From IMG/VR virus record IMGVR_UViG_3300038829_000042, positions 1-45,932 of that record: a stretch of DNA of 45,932 bases, one strand, 5' to 3'. The position numbers were made by a program, and so were the translations under genes. This DNA comes from a virus (lineage: Duplodnaviria; Caudoviricetes). This document shows positions 17,600 to 26,686 of this stretch, piece after piece. Below the pieces are notes generated by a model. That model was not told the DNA's origin, did no database searches, and saw only the letters and a list, made by a program, of their open reading frames with translations. How positions within the stretch are numbered: the first letter of the stretch is position 1; each line of letters starts with the position of its first letter.

Positions 17600-18595
17600 A
17601 TGCCGACTTTAAACGATACCGTCATCAGCCTGTCCGACTGGGCCAAGAAGCAGGGCCCGGACGGAGGCATCATGGAAACTATCGAAATGCTGGCACAGAT
17701 CAACGATATTACCGTTGATTTGCCGTTCCGCGAGGGGAACATGCCGACCGGCCACATGTACAACGTGCGGATCGGGCTACCGACCGTCTATTGGCGCATG
17801 ATCAATCAAGGCGTGCCCAGCTCCAAGAGCCGGACGGCGCAAGCCACCGACGTGTGCGGGATGCTGGAAGGTCGGAGCCAGCTGGATAAGCGGCTCGCTG
17901 AGCTGAACGGCGAAACGCAGAAGCTCCGGTTAGACGAAGCCCGACCGTTTATGGAAGCGATGGGGCAAGAGGCGGCTGGGACCATGTTCTACGGCAACCA
18001 GAGCCTTGCGCCTGAAGAGTTCACAGGACTCGCCTTGCGGTACGCCGCGATCTCCGGGGCGACCAACGCCTCACATGTCATTAGTGCGGGTGGATCTGGC
18101 TCAGACAACGCCTCGATCTGGCTGCTCGGCATGGGAGAATTGGGCCTCCACGGCACCTTCCCGAAGGGCACGAAGGCCGGGGTGAGCCACGAAGACCTGG
18201 GCCTCGCCGACGCCTTCGACGCGGACAATAACCGTTATCGGGCATGGATGGATCACTGGGAATGGAAGCTCGGGCTATGCTTGCCGGATTGGCGGCAGTG
18301 CGTCCGCATTTGCAATATCGACATTTCCAACCTCATCGCCAAGAGTTCGGCGGCGGATCTGCCGGAACTCATGATTAAGGCAACGCACAGACTCCCGAGG
18401 GCCAAGAGCCTCAAGTACTACTGGTACATGAACCGTACATGCCTCGAGATGCTGGAAATCCAGCTGCGTGACGATGTGGGCGGCGGTGGACAGCTCAAGT
18501 ATGAAAACGTCGATGGCCTCCCGGCGACCACGTTCCGGGGTGTCACCATTCGTATTTGTGACCAGCTGCTCGAAACAGAGGCCACTGTCAGCTAA
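17600..18595 (+). CDS. major capsid protein (BPP-1 Bbp17-like)
   Basis: IEMLAQINDI, EGNMPTGH, WRMINQGV, FYGN...EEFTGL, WKLGLCLPDWR...RICNID, FRGVTIRICDQLLETEA. Confidence 0.92.
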   Translation: MPTLNDTVISLSDWAKKQGPDGGIMETIEMLAQINDITVDLPFREGNMPTGHMYNVRIGLPTVYWRMINQGVPSSKSRTAQATDVCGMLEGRSQLDKRLAELNGETQKLRLDEARPFMEAMGQEAAGTMFYGNQSLAPEEFTGLALRYAAISGATNASHVISAGGSGSDNASIWLLGMGELGLHGTFPKGTKAGVSHEDLGLADAFDADNNRYRAWMDHWEWKLGLCLPDWRQCVRICNIDISNLIAKSSAADLPELMIKATHRLPRAKSLKYYWYMNRTCLEMLEIQLRDDVGGGGQLKYENVDGLPATTFRGVTIRICDQLLETEATVS

Positions 18596-18609
18596 GAAGG
18601 AGACTAACG

Positions 18610-19023
18610 ATGGGTGAACATGTCTTTAACCAGAAATGCGGGATGCGGTTTGATGGCCGCGTCTCCTCGAAAGCCGGGATTGGGTACGCGGCTGGTGACG
18701 GTTCGACCGTCACGCAGATCACGAACCGAGCGACGGGCGTCACGATCAACGCCCTGACCGGGGCGATTACCACGGACGCCACATCCTTAGCCGCTGAAGC
18801 CTCGGCGGTGTTTGTCGTCACGAATAACAAGGTGGCGATTGGCGATGTTGTGGTGGTGGCGATTCGGTCAGGCATGGTGGCCCTGAATACGCGCGTCACG
18901 GTCACGGCGGTCGCGGCTGGATCGTTTTCGCTGACCGTCGTCAATGGCAACGTCGCGGCAGGCACGGCAGAAACCGGCGCGATCATTATCAACTTCGCGG
19001 TGATCAAAGGATCATCGACTTAA
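18610..19023 (+). CDS. capsid-associated/decoration protein
   Basis: VTQITNRATGVTINALTGAIT...FVVTNNKV...IINFAVIK; follows MCP. Confidence 0.6.
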   Translation: MGEHVFNQKCGMRFDGRVSSKAGIGYAAGDGSTVTQITNRATGVTINALTGAITTDATSLAAEASAVFVVTNNKVAIGDVVVVAIRSGMVALNTRVTVTAVAAGSFSLTVVNGNVAAGTAETGAIIINFAVIKGSST

Positions 19024-19036
19024 AAGGAGCCTACGT

Positions 19037-19510
19037 ATGTACCTCGATAAAGCCAATCAATTCAGTGACTCTCAGGCGTTAACGGCAACGGCCTTGAGCA
19101 CCAACGTCTTAGACCTCGGCGTCTCCAATCCCTTAGGGGTGGGTGAGCCAATGGCGGTGGTGTTTAACGTCGAAGTGGACGCCGATCAGACTACAGGCGA
19201 TGAGGATTATACCTTCGCGGTAGAAGCAGCCAGTACGGCGGCGATTGACACGACTCGTCAAGAGCTGGGCCGGTTGATTTTTGAATCTGGGACGCCGACA
19301 GCTCCCGCGCTCAACGCGGATCTGTTGGTCGCTGGGTTCATCTTCGCGCTGCCCTTGCCGGTGGTGCCGAAATCAGTAGCCGGTCGCTACCTGGGGGTGA
19401 GGTACACCTTGGCCGGGACCACGCCAACGATTACCGTCTCGGCGCATCTGGTGCCAATCAAGAACGTGCCGGTGAACGCGATCTACGCTAAAGGATATAC
19501 CATCAGCTAA
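19037..19510 (+). CDS. Bbp16-like capsid cement protein
   Basis: MYLDKANQFSDSQALTATALSTNVLDLG...RYLGVRYT. Confidence 0.85.
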   Translation: MYLDKANQFSDSQALTATALSTNVLDLGVSNPLGVGEPMAVVFNVEVDADQTTGDEDYTFAVEAASTAAIDTTRQELGRLIFESGTPTAPALNADLLVAGFIFALPLPVVPKSVAGRYLGVRYTLAGTTPTITVSAHLVPIKNVPVNAIYAKGYTIS

Positions 19511-19520
19511 TCTCTAACCG

Positions 19521-19552
19521 GACAGGAGAGGGATTCAGTTCTCTCTCCTGTC
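19521..19552 (+). terminator. stable hairpin after capsid genes (terminator or mRNA stabiliser)
   Basis: GACAGGAGAG / CTCTCCTGTC perfect 10-bp inverted repeat; only a pyrimidine-rich tail. Confidence 0.55.
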
Positions 19553-19575
19553 TCTACTCTCTCAGGAGGTCCATC

Positions 19576-19818
19576 ATGGCCGGCATTCAAGTGGTCGCAA
19601 TTGGCGATAAGTTCGGGAAGCATCCCGGTGAAGCGGTGGGGTACTTCGACCATAAGCGGGTGAAGGTCGGGCAGAAGTTCACGATTCCGAGCGAACAACA
19701 GTTTTCAGGAAAGTGGATGGAGAAGCTGACCTCTAAGGAAAGCAAGATGGTTGAGGAAGAGGAACAAGATCGGGAGTCGGACAAGCGGAAGAACCGTAAG
19801 CCGGCGAGTGTGCTGTAA
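19576..19818 (+). CDS. hypothetical virion-module protein
   Basis: SD AGGAGG; GYFDHKRVKVGQKF...GKWMEK. Confidence 0.7.
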   Translation: MAGIQVVAIGDKFGKHPGEAVGYFDHKRVKVGQKFTIPSEQQFSGKWMEKLTSKESKMVEEEEQDRESDKRKNRKPASVL

Positions 19819-20120
19819 TGGATTTTCTGTTCTCCATAAGCCTCTTACTCGTGACGGGCGGGATTGTGCTGTCGGTCTATGAGGAATGGGAGAAGGTCGG
19901 CTTAACCGATACCAGCTATAGCACCCTCTGCTTATGGGTGGCTGGGCTCTTGGGTATCTCCTTTTGGGGATGGCTCAAGCTCGACGTGCTCATTGCCTTG
20001 ACGGCGCTGGCGCCGGTGGGGTTGTTCGTCTATTGGATCTATCTGAAGATCATGACCTTTCTTAAGACCAAGATACGCTGGTCGCAACTTGAGCGCATGA
20101 TCAAGAATCAGAGGTATTAG
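19818..20120 (+). CDS. integral membrane protein (3 TM)
   Basis: Three hydrophobic segments; TAATG coupling. Confidence 0.65.
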   Translation: MDFLFSISLLLVTGGIVLSVYEEWEKVGLTDTSYSTLCLWVAGLLGISFWGWLKLDVLIALTALAPVGLFVYWIYLKIMTFLKTKIRWSQLERMIKNQRY

Positions 20121-20123
20121 CCG

Positions 20124-20432
20124 ATGTATGCCATTCAACCCAGGGGCGTGAACGATTTTCATACGCCCTTCGATGATGAGGAAGTGACGTGGACGGGCAC
20201 GGCCTCGGCTGGCCTAGACGCTGACAAGGTGGCGCAATGCCGTATCGTCATTATACGGTTTATCTCCGGGGATGGGCGTATTCGGTTGAGTGGGTCAGCG
20301 GCCTCCTCCACGGAGGGTATCCCCGTGTTTGCGGGGGATATTGAACAGATGAGCAAGTTTGAAGCGCAACGCATCTCGGGAATCAGGGGAGGGGCCACAA
20401 ACCTCGTCGCATGGGCAACCTACTACAAATAA
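20124..20432 (+). CDS. small beta-rich virion-type protein
   Basis: IRLSGSAASSTEGIPVFAGD...ISGIR...ATYYK. Confidence 0.6.
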   Translation: MYAIQPRGVNDFHTPFDDEEVTWTGTASAGLDADKVAQCRIVIIRFISGDGRIRLSGSAASSTEGIPVFAGDIEQMSKFEAQRISGIRGGATNLVAWATYYK

Positions 20433-20653
20433 TTGTCGGTCTGGTCCTTCTCGTCTGGGCAGGGGATGCCTCGGCGCAACTGACCCCGAGGGGAGGGGCG
20501 AGGCCATACGCGCAAACGTTTACATCCACCGGCTCCTTTGTGGTGCCCAACGGTGTGAGCACCGTCTACCTGACCGGATGCGGAGCGGGTGGCGGTGGTG
20601 GCGGTGGCCATACCGCTGATCCTGGCGGTGGGGGCGGGGGTGGGCCGAGGTGA
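20411..20653 (+). pseudogene. truncated signal-peptide-bearing glycine-rich-domain protein
   Basis: Signal peptide ...GDASA|Q, then TFTSTGSFVVPNGVSTVYLTGCGAGGGGG, the start of a Gly-rich tail domain, ending abruptly after GGGGGGGPR. Confidence 0.55.
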
Positions 20654-20829
20654 ACGCGGCGGCACTCCCAGGGCTGTATAGGTTCGACCTACGCAATACA
20701 GATTTTGTCAACGATGGGGTGACTGATACGTTACTGGTGAGTGTGCTCTGTGCGGGGTGTCAGCCGGTGTATCTGGCCATTCCGTTAACGGATTACGATG
20801 AGAGCGCGAGTACGAGAGATCGAAGCTAG
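20641..20829 (+). pseudogene. C-terminal fragment of a different phage protein, in -1 frame to the preceding ORF
   Basis: WAEVNAAALPGLYRFDLRNTDFVNDGVTDTLLVSVLCAGCQPVYLAIPLTDY...; only a GTG at 20650 as possible start. Confidence 0.45.
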
Positions 20830-20894
20830 CGAATACCATGAGGTTCCTATGGCATCCACGTCGCAAACATCTCTCCTGAAGGGGGGTGATTAGA

Positions 20895-22133
20895 GTGAAG
20901 AGAAGACTACTCCTTGTGCTGGTGTTGGGACTCCTGGCGAGTCCGGCATGGGCACAGCAATTTAAGTCCATCACGTTGCCGTTGCAGACCGCCCAAACAG
21001 GGGATGCGGACGGGAACGAAATTACCATTGATGGCATGAGTTCGTTGAGTGTGCAAGTCACGATCTCAGGCACGGCCACGGTCACCTTTGAAGCCACGCA
21101 GGATCAAAGCACCTGGGCCTCGGTGGCCTGCATCCAGGTGGGCGATACCACCTATACCTCGATTACGGATACGACCGCGACGATGACGGTACGGTGTAAC
21201 GTCGCAGGTCTGGTCAAGTTTCGGACCCGCACGTCAGGGAACTCGGGCAGTGTGACTACAACGGCTACCTCGTCTCCCGCTGTCATGGGCAGCGGGGGCG
21301 GTGGCGGGGGCGGTGGCGCTGGCACGCTCGACCAAGCCTTTGACGGCGGGAAAGTGATTGACGGGGCGAACAGTCTCGCGAATGCCATGTGTGTTGGTGC
21401 AACACTGAAACTCTGTTTCTATGAAGACGCCACACTTGGGCCGTTGATCCGCCCATCTACCGATGCCAACACACGGACCTACATTTGGAGCGGCTTTAAT
21501 TGGTCCCTCTACACGGTGGGCGGGTCTAGCCCTATGCTCACGGTAGACCCTGCTTTGACAGACAACGAGAAGTATGCCTGGGCCTCTGGGTCTCGACCAA
21601 TCAAGACGATCCCCCTACCTGCCGACGCCCTCTATCCACGAGGCGCGTCGACGCTCGTGACAGACACGGCGCTGATCTCAGGGGGGTTGATCTCCCCCTA
21701 TATTACGATCACAGACAGTGACAGCGATGGGTTTTACCGCTATCTCGTGATGCCTGCAAATTGGGACGGGGGTACCGTGACGGCCACGGTGACAGTAGTG
21801 AATGTCAACGCCACACCGGCGAACGCCTTTGAAGTCGATGTATCAGGGGCGTGCTACCCAGCGGGCACCGTCATTCCAACCACGATTTCTACGACAGGGG
21901 AACAGGCGGCAACCGTCTCCTTTGGAGCAAGTGGCTCCTGTGGGGGGTCTGCTTGCAATCAAAATGATCCAGCCAGCGCGACCACGGCAGCTATCACGAT
22001 CAACGGCACCCCGGCAGGGGGGAACTTTTGTGGGTTTCAGGCGCAAGTGGATGCGACTGCGACGACGGAAACAGTAGCCGGTATCAAGATCACTCAGATG
22101 GACATCCACTACAAAATCGCCAAGGGGTTCTAA
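20895..22133 (+). CDS. signal-peptide-bearing beta-rich appendage/fibre-like protein
   Basis: GTG after GGGGGGTGA; MKRRLLLVLVLGLLASPAWA|Q; Thr/Gly-rich beta domains with poly-Gly linker; MPANWDGGTVT motif; 8 Cys. Confidence 0.75.
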   Translation: MKRRLLLVLVLGLLASPAWAQQFKSITLPLQTAQTGDADGNEITIDGMSSLSVQVTISGTATVTFEATQDQSTWASVACIQVGDTTYTSITDTTATMTVRCNVAGLVKFRTRTSGNSGSVTTTATSSPAVMGSGGGGGGGGAGTLDQAFDGGKVIDGANSLANAMCVGATLKLCFYEDATLGPLIRPSTDANTRTYIWSGFNWSLYTVGGSSPMLTVDPALTDNEKYAWASGSRPIKTIPLPADALYPRGASTLVTDTALISGGLISPYITITDSDSDGFYRYLVMPANWDGGTVTATVTVVNVNATPANAFEVDVSGACYPAGTVIPTTISTTGEQAATVSFGASGSCGGSACNQNDPASATTAAITINGTPAGGNFCGFQAQVDATATTETVAGIKITQMDIHYKIAKGF

Positions 22134-22855
22134 TGCTCTTACGCGTTATTCTTCGCGTTATTCTTCTTGGTCTGTTGTTGGTGCCGTCGCTCAGTTACGC
22201 GGCGATCTCTTGTGGAGATGTGACCGCGTTTAATGACGCCACCCCGACGGACCCAGAAACGATTCCCTATACGACGCCAGCCGGAAGCAACCAAGTGTTG
22301 TTTGCGGGGATCACGATACGCCATTCCACGGTGACCATCGACACCCCTACGCATGCTGGAAACAATATGACAGCGGTAACGACGGACGCATTTACTAACC
22401 CTATTAGAACGAAGCTTTGGTACATCGCCAACCCCACGGCAGGAACGAATAATGTGGTTGTAAATTACAGCGCCGCTCCGTTAGCAGATGCCGTGGTGAT
22501 TTGGACATGCTCAGGTGTCGATACCACGAATCCAATTAGGGATTTTATCACGGCAACTGGCATCGGTACGGCGGTAACTGGGACCGTGGCGACCGTTGTC
22601 ACCGGTGACGTGGTGGTAGATATCTTTGGGACCGATATCGCGACAACGAATCCAACGATAGGCGCCAATCAAACGAACCTCAATACAGGCAATGACGGAG
22701 CCGAACTCGGCTGGGGCGCGAGTCAACAGGCCGGGGCGGATGGAGGCGTGATGAGCTGGACGACCACGTTATCAGAGCAATGGTCGATTTCTGCCGTGGC
22801 GATTAAGGCTGCGAGCAGCAATACACGCCACATTGCTCCGCTGGTGGTCCAATGA
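22133..22855 (+). CDS. signal-peptide-bearing beta-sandwich protein
   Basis: TAATG coupling; MLLRVILRVILLGLLLVPSLSYA|A; LWYIANPTAGTNNVVV...SGVDTTNPI. Confidence 0.75.
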   Translation: MLLRVILRVILLGLLLVPSLSYAAISCGDVTAFNDATPTDPETIPYTTPAGSNQVLFAGITIRHSTVTIDTPTHAGNNMTAVTTDAFTNPIRTKLWYIANPTAGTNNVVVNYSAAPLADAVVIWTCSGVDTTNPIRDFITATGIGTAVTGTVATVVTGDVVVDIFGTDIATTNPTIGANQTNLNTGNDGAELGWGASQQAGADGGVMSWTTTLSEQWSISAVAIKAASSNTRHIAPLVVQ

Positions 22856-25587
22856 TGCAATTATTGGTTTGCGTGTTGAGTCTGTTGTGCTGCACGCCTG
22901 CATGGGCTGCGACTCGTTATATTGACGACGCGGGGAGCAACTCCAATGACGGCACCTCGACGAGCACCCCGTGGCTTACCTGGTCTTATGCCTTTACCAA
23001 TACCGCATGTGGCGACACCTTGATTGCCATGGACGGTACGTATACGACCACGAATGGGGCGTTCTCTCTCACGAAAGTGTGCACGGCCGGGACCGTCTAC
23101 ACCATCCAGGCGCAGAACGAACGGCAGGCCTATATTGATAAAAGCGGGGGGACGCAAATTCCGCTGTACATTACCGGATCAGCCTATATCACGGTTGAAG
23201 GGTTGAGGGCTCGTGGGGGTGATTTGGCTCCGGCATCGGGTGGGGTGAATGCAGGCGTGTGCAATGCCTACAACTCAAACCACATTACATTCCGCCATAT
23301 GCTCTGTACGCATCCAAACCGCTATCGAAATGCGGGGCATGTGTATCAGTTCTACAATACACATGATTCGTTGATTGAAGAGAGTGAGGCGCATTATTTC
23401 CGCCGTCACGGGTTTTATATTGGTGGGGGCAGCTCACGGAATACGATCCGCCGAAATTATTGCAATGGTCGGGATTACGCCGACTTGAGCGGAGCAGGGG
23501 TTGAAAACCCCTCAACTGCACCATCTACAGATGGTCCAGATGATTGCTACATTGTCTATCCTGGCAGTGATAATGTATTTGAGAACAACATCGCTGAGGG
23601 AGATCAACTTAAGTACTACGCGGTAGAGGCAATTACCGGGAATACCGTACGAAACAAATTCTATGGCAACATTGGTCTTGGTGGAGCATGGAATGGGATT
23701 GCTCTTGATGCACGTGGAGCGACGGCAGCGTTGATGCCGACGGATACCGACATCCGTCACATGTATATTGAGAATACCACGAATCACGGAGATACGACCC
23801 AACTCGCCTCGGGCTATCGATTTAATGGAAACAAAACGACGACATGCTTGAACTGTACCGCGTACAACACTGTAGATGGGTTTGCGGTGGATCGACTCAC
23901 AGCCCAGCCCGGAGATGGGGTCTATTCTGCCACATTGACTAACAGCCTCGCGCTGGATGTGGTCAGTGCCACCGGGTCTTTTGCGAGTACAACCGGCTAC
24001 GGATTCCGCATTGCGAGCGTGATCGGCACATGGACGGCCACTAACGTCAATGCGTACAACTCGGCCAACGCCAACTATAACCCTAGCACTCATGCGAACT
24101 ACGCGCCACTCGATACCCCTACCAGCACTGATCCACAGATGGGTACGTGTAAAGTGTGGCGGCCTGCTGGGTCGGCAGCCATAACAAATAATTGGGGCGC
24201 GGAGATTCTGTATCGCTACGAGAATGGAGTGCTCACCACCACGAAACTCTGGGATACGGTAACTGGTGAATTCCCGCATGGTGCGACTGTCAGCGGAATA
24301 ACCGACGTAGGGAGTGTGGGCGCCTATAACGTCCATACCCGTTTGAACGTCAATACCGGCGGGTGCAGTTTCCCCGCTGGATACGGCGGATCGGCCCCAA
24401 CTAATCCTCCCGTACACCATATGTTTTCCGGCACAGGGGCCATTAGCGGGGTAGTGACAGTTCCGGCAGGGCTTGATTTCATGGGGGTGTTCATCGCGCT
24501 CAGGGATGGAGGACTCAACGTCGGGCAGGTGTCCGCAATTACATCGAGCTGTGGATCGGAGTCTTTCACCTTTGGCGCACGAGGCCGAAGCCACGCCTCG
24601 GCAGGAGTGCATAACACCGAGGGATGGGTCAGGGCCGCCCCGACCAGTGGGACCTGCACGGTATCTGTGGCGACTACGGGCACGGTCACATCGTGGATTA
24701 TGGACGTGTTTGAATTAGATAATAGTAGTGGGGTCACGGCATGGGCGGCCAATGGGTCGAATGGTGTCACAAGCGCCGTTCCGACCGTCACGGTTCCCAC
24801 CAATACCAGCGAAACGGTCATCAGTGCAACATCGGGGGCAAGTTCCTGCTCGATTTCGGCAGGGGCGAATCAGACCGCACTCGTGGACGAGCTGTTAAGC
24901 CCGATGCGTCTCGCGGTTTCGGAGCAGTCCGGGAACTCCGGTGGCGTGATGGATTATACGCAGGGCTGCACATCGTACTGGGCTACTGTAGGTGCGTCCT
25001 TTGCTCCTGGCATACCCGACCCACCCTCCACGGCCACATTGACCCAGAGCGATTACCTCTTCCTCTATCCGATCGGAACTGAGGCAGGAGCGCCACCGAT
25101 TGCCTCGTGGCTGTCTGACACCAACGCGAAGAATCTCCCGATCTCTTCACGACCGAATGGGTACGTGCGCGTACGGGCGATGATTACGGGGGGCGTCGCG
25201 ACGACGTCACCATTCGGAGTCGCGTTGTATTGCAGAAAGAATGCCGAATCTTATACGAAAGTCATTGATACGCTTGGGTCCACCATCTTTCGTTTATATG
25301 GTCCGGGGGTCACGCCAGATATTCCCTCTTCACTCGTTGCAACATCGAATAGGCTGTGTGGATCCGATTGTGTGACGGGTGCCGTACTGAGGGATCAATC
25401 CTCGTCGTTCACCGTACCCGCGTTGACGGTTGGGCAAAAAATAGAACTTGATAGCGTGGTGGTATTCCAGGCGGCTGCCGGTAACACGGCAAATTGCCGA
25501 TACCAAAAAGATGACGGGACCGCGCTTGATACGTACTCGAACACCCCGCTCATTACGTTCACAGAAGATGCAGCAGGAGCGCCATAA
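22852..25587 (+). CDS. signal-peptide-bearing right-handed beta-helix (pectate-lyase-like) tailspike/depolymerase with C-terminal beta domains
   Basis: ...CCTPAWA|ATRYIDDAGSNSNDGTSTSTPWLT, GDTLIAMDGTY, YITVEGL, NTIRRN, DNVFENNI Asn-ladder repeats. Confidence 0.8.
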   Translation: MMQLLVCVLSLLCCTPAWAATRYIDDAGSNSNDGTSTSTPWLTWSYAFTNTACGDTLIAMDGTYTTTNGAFSLTKVCTAGTVYTIQAQNERQAYIDKSGGTQIPLYITGSAYITVEGLRARGGDLAPASGGVNAGVCNAYNSNHITFRHMLCTHPNRYRNAGHVYQFYNTHDSLIEESEAHYFRRHGFYIGGGSSRNTIRRNYCNGRDYADLSGAGVENPSTAPSTDGPDDCYIVYPGSDNVFENNIAEGDQLKYYAVEAITGNTVRNKFYGNIGLGGAWNGIALDARGATAALMPTDTDIRHMYIENTTNHGDTTQLASGYRFNGNKTTTCLNCTAYNTVDGFAVDRLTAQPGDGVYSATLTNSLALDVVSATGSFASTTGYGFRIASVIGTWTATNVNAYNSANANYNPSTHANYAPLDTPTSTDPQMGTCKVWRPAGSAAITNNWGAEILYRYENGVLTTTKLWDTVTGEFPHGATVSGITDVGSVGAYNVHTRLNVNTGGCSFPAGYGGSAPTNPPVHHMFSGTGAISGVVTVPAGLDFMGVFIALRDGGLNVGQVSAITSSCGSESFTFGARGRSHASAGVHNTEGWVRAAPTSGTCTVSVATTGTVTSWIMDVFELDNSSGVTAWAANGSNGVTSAVPTVTVPTNTSETVISATSGASSCSISAGANQTALVDELLSPMRLAVSEQSGNSGGVMDYTQGCTSYWATVGASFAPGIPDPPSTATLTQSDYLFLYPIGTEAGAPPIASWLSDTNAKNLPISSRPNGYVRVRAMITGGVATTSPFGVALYCRKNAESYTKVIDTLGSTIFRLYGPGVTPDIPSSLVATSNRLCGSDCVTGAVLRDQSSSFTVPALTVGQKIELDSVVVFQAAAGNTANCRYQKDDGTALDTYSNTPLITFTEDAAGAP

Positions 25588-25614
25588 ATGCCAACACATA
25601 CCAGAGGAGAACAC

Positions 25615-26076
25615 ATGAAACGGATATGCCTAGTCCTGTGCGTCTTACTCGCGATTCCCGTACTGAGTCACGCGGGATATCAAAACCCGACCGTCATTTC
25701 CAATGACCCTATTGCAGAAGGGGACTCGCGCATTCGCTTACAGTTTACTGGCAACAATGGGGAGCCCACTGTTCAGCGAATCTTAATTGTTCCTGATGGA
25801 GCCACGAACCAAAGTATCCGTAATATGGTCGATCAGATTATCGATCAATTAGACCGAAAACGTACCGCCGCGACGATGCCCATTTTACAAGTTGGGAAAA
25901 TCATTAACCGATTGGCTGTTGTACCACCTGTCCCTACGGCCAAGCAGGTATGGCAGTCTAAATACTACCGATACATAGAAATTAAGGATGGTGGCATCGT
26001 GGCTGCGGCGGCTGAACTCGCGGCAATGAAAGCGGATCTTGAATCGACCTATCAAGCAGGATTCTTGGCGGACTAA
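25615..26076 (+). CDS. signal-peptide-bearing hypothetical protein
   Basis: SD GAGGAG; MKRICLVLCVLLAIPVLSHA|G. Confidence 0.7.
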   Translation: MKRICLVLCVLLAIPVLSHAGYQNPTVISNDPIAEGDSRIRLQFTGNNGEPTVQRILIVPDGATNQSIRNMVDQIIDQLDRKRTAATMPILQVGKIINRLAVVPPVPTAKQVWQSKYYRYIEIKDGGIVAAAAELAAMKADLESTYQAGFLAD

Positions 26077-26255
26077 TGGAAGGCCAATACTGGCAACGAC
26101 AATGCCCAGGTTGTTACGCGAAGCTCGAAAAGTATGAGGAGGCGTGTGCCTGGAAGTGTTGGCGGTGCCAGTGGAATACCGAGGATAAGGCGCATGGCTG
26201 GAAGTGGAACGGGGTGAGCCAGAAACCTGGCGAAGTCACGGGGGAACACTTATGA
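26076..26255 (+). CDS. small Zn-ribbon protein (59 aa)
   Basis: TAATG and ATGA coupling; CPGC...WKCWRC. Confidence 0.55.
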   Translation: MEGQYWQRQCPGCYAKLEKYEEACAWKCWRCQWNTEDKAHGWKWNGVSQKPGEVTGEHL

Positions 26256-26686
26256 GTGAAACGCTAGCGGAGTTCATTGCGCGGCATGAGTGCCGGGCGG
26301 GGAAGCCTGATCTCAGAATGTATCTCGACTCGCTGGGCATCGAAACGATTGGCTACGGGCACAACCTCAGAGATAAGCCTATCACGAAGGCGGCAGCGGA
26401 TCAGATCTTTCGTGATGACCTGACAGACATTCAGCTCGAAGTGACCCATGCCTTCCCGTGGTACGCCGAGCTGACGCAGCCTCGGCAATGGGTGATTCTC
26501 GACATGACCTTTAACCTTGGGCTGGCTGGCCTGAAGAAGTTCGTGAAGTTCCTGCAAGCGGTGGAGCTGGGCAACTACGACACGGCAGCCGATGAAATGC
26601 TGGATAGTCTGTGGAGCCGACAAGTCAAGGGCAGGGCTTTAGAGCTAGCTTCGATGATGAGAGGAGACGTGCCCGATAAGATATAA
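26252..26686 (+). CDS. endolysin, T4-type lysozyme (GH24)
   Basis: RHE...MYLDSLGIETIGYGHNL, LDMTFNLG, AADEMLDSLW...RALEL. Confidence 0.9.
   Translation: MSETLAEFIARHECRAGKPDLRMYLDSLGIETIGYGHNLRDKPITKAAADQIFRDDLTDIQLEVTHAFPWYAELTQPRQWVILDMTFNLGLAGLKKFVKFLQAVELGNYDTAADEMLDSLWSRQVKGRALELASMMRGDVPDKI

Noticed and set aside
22142-22165. 12-nt tandem duplication CGCGTTATTCTT x2 as a phase-variation site
   Set aside because: In-frame two-copy duplication (RVIL RVIL) within a signal peptide; no effect on frame
23512-24821. Minus-strand ORFs of 366 and 165 aa
   Set aside because: Shadows of the beta-helix gene caused by codon bias
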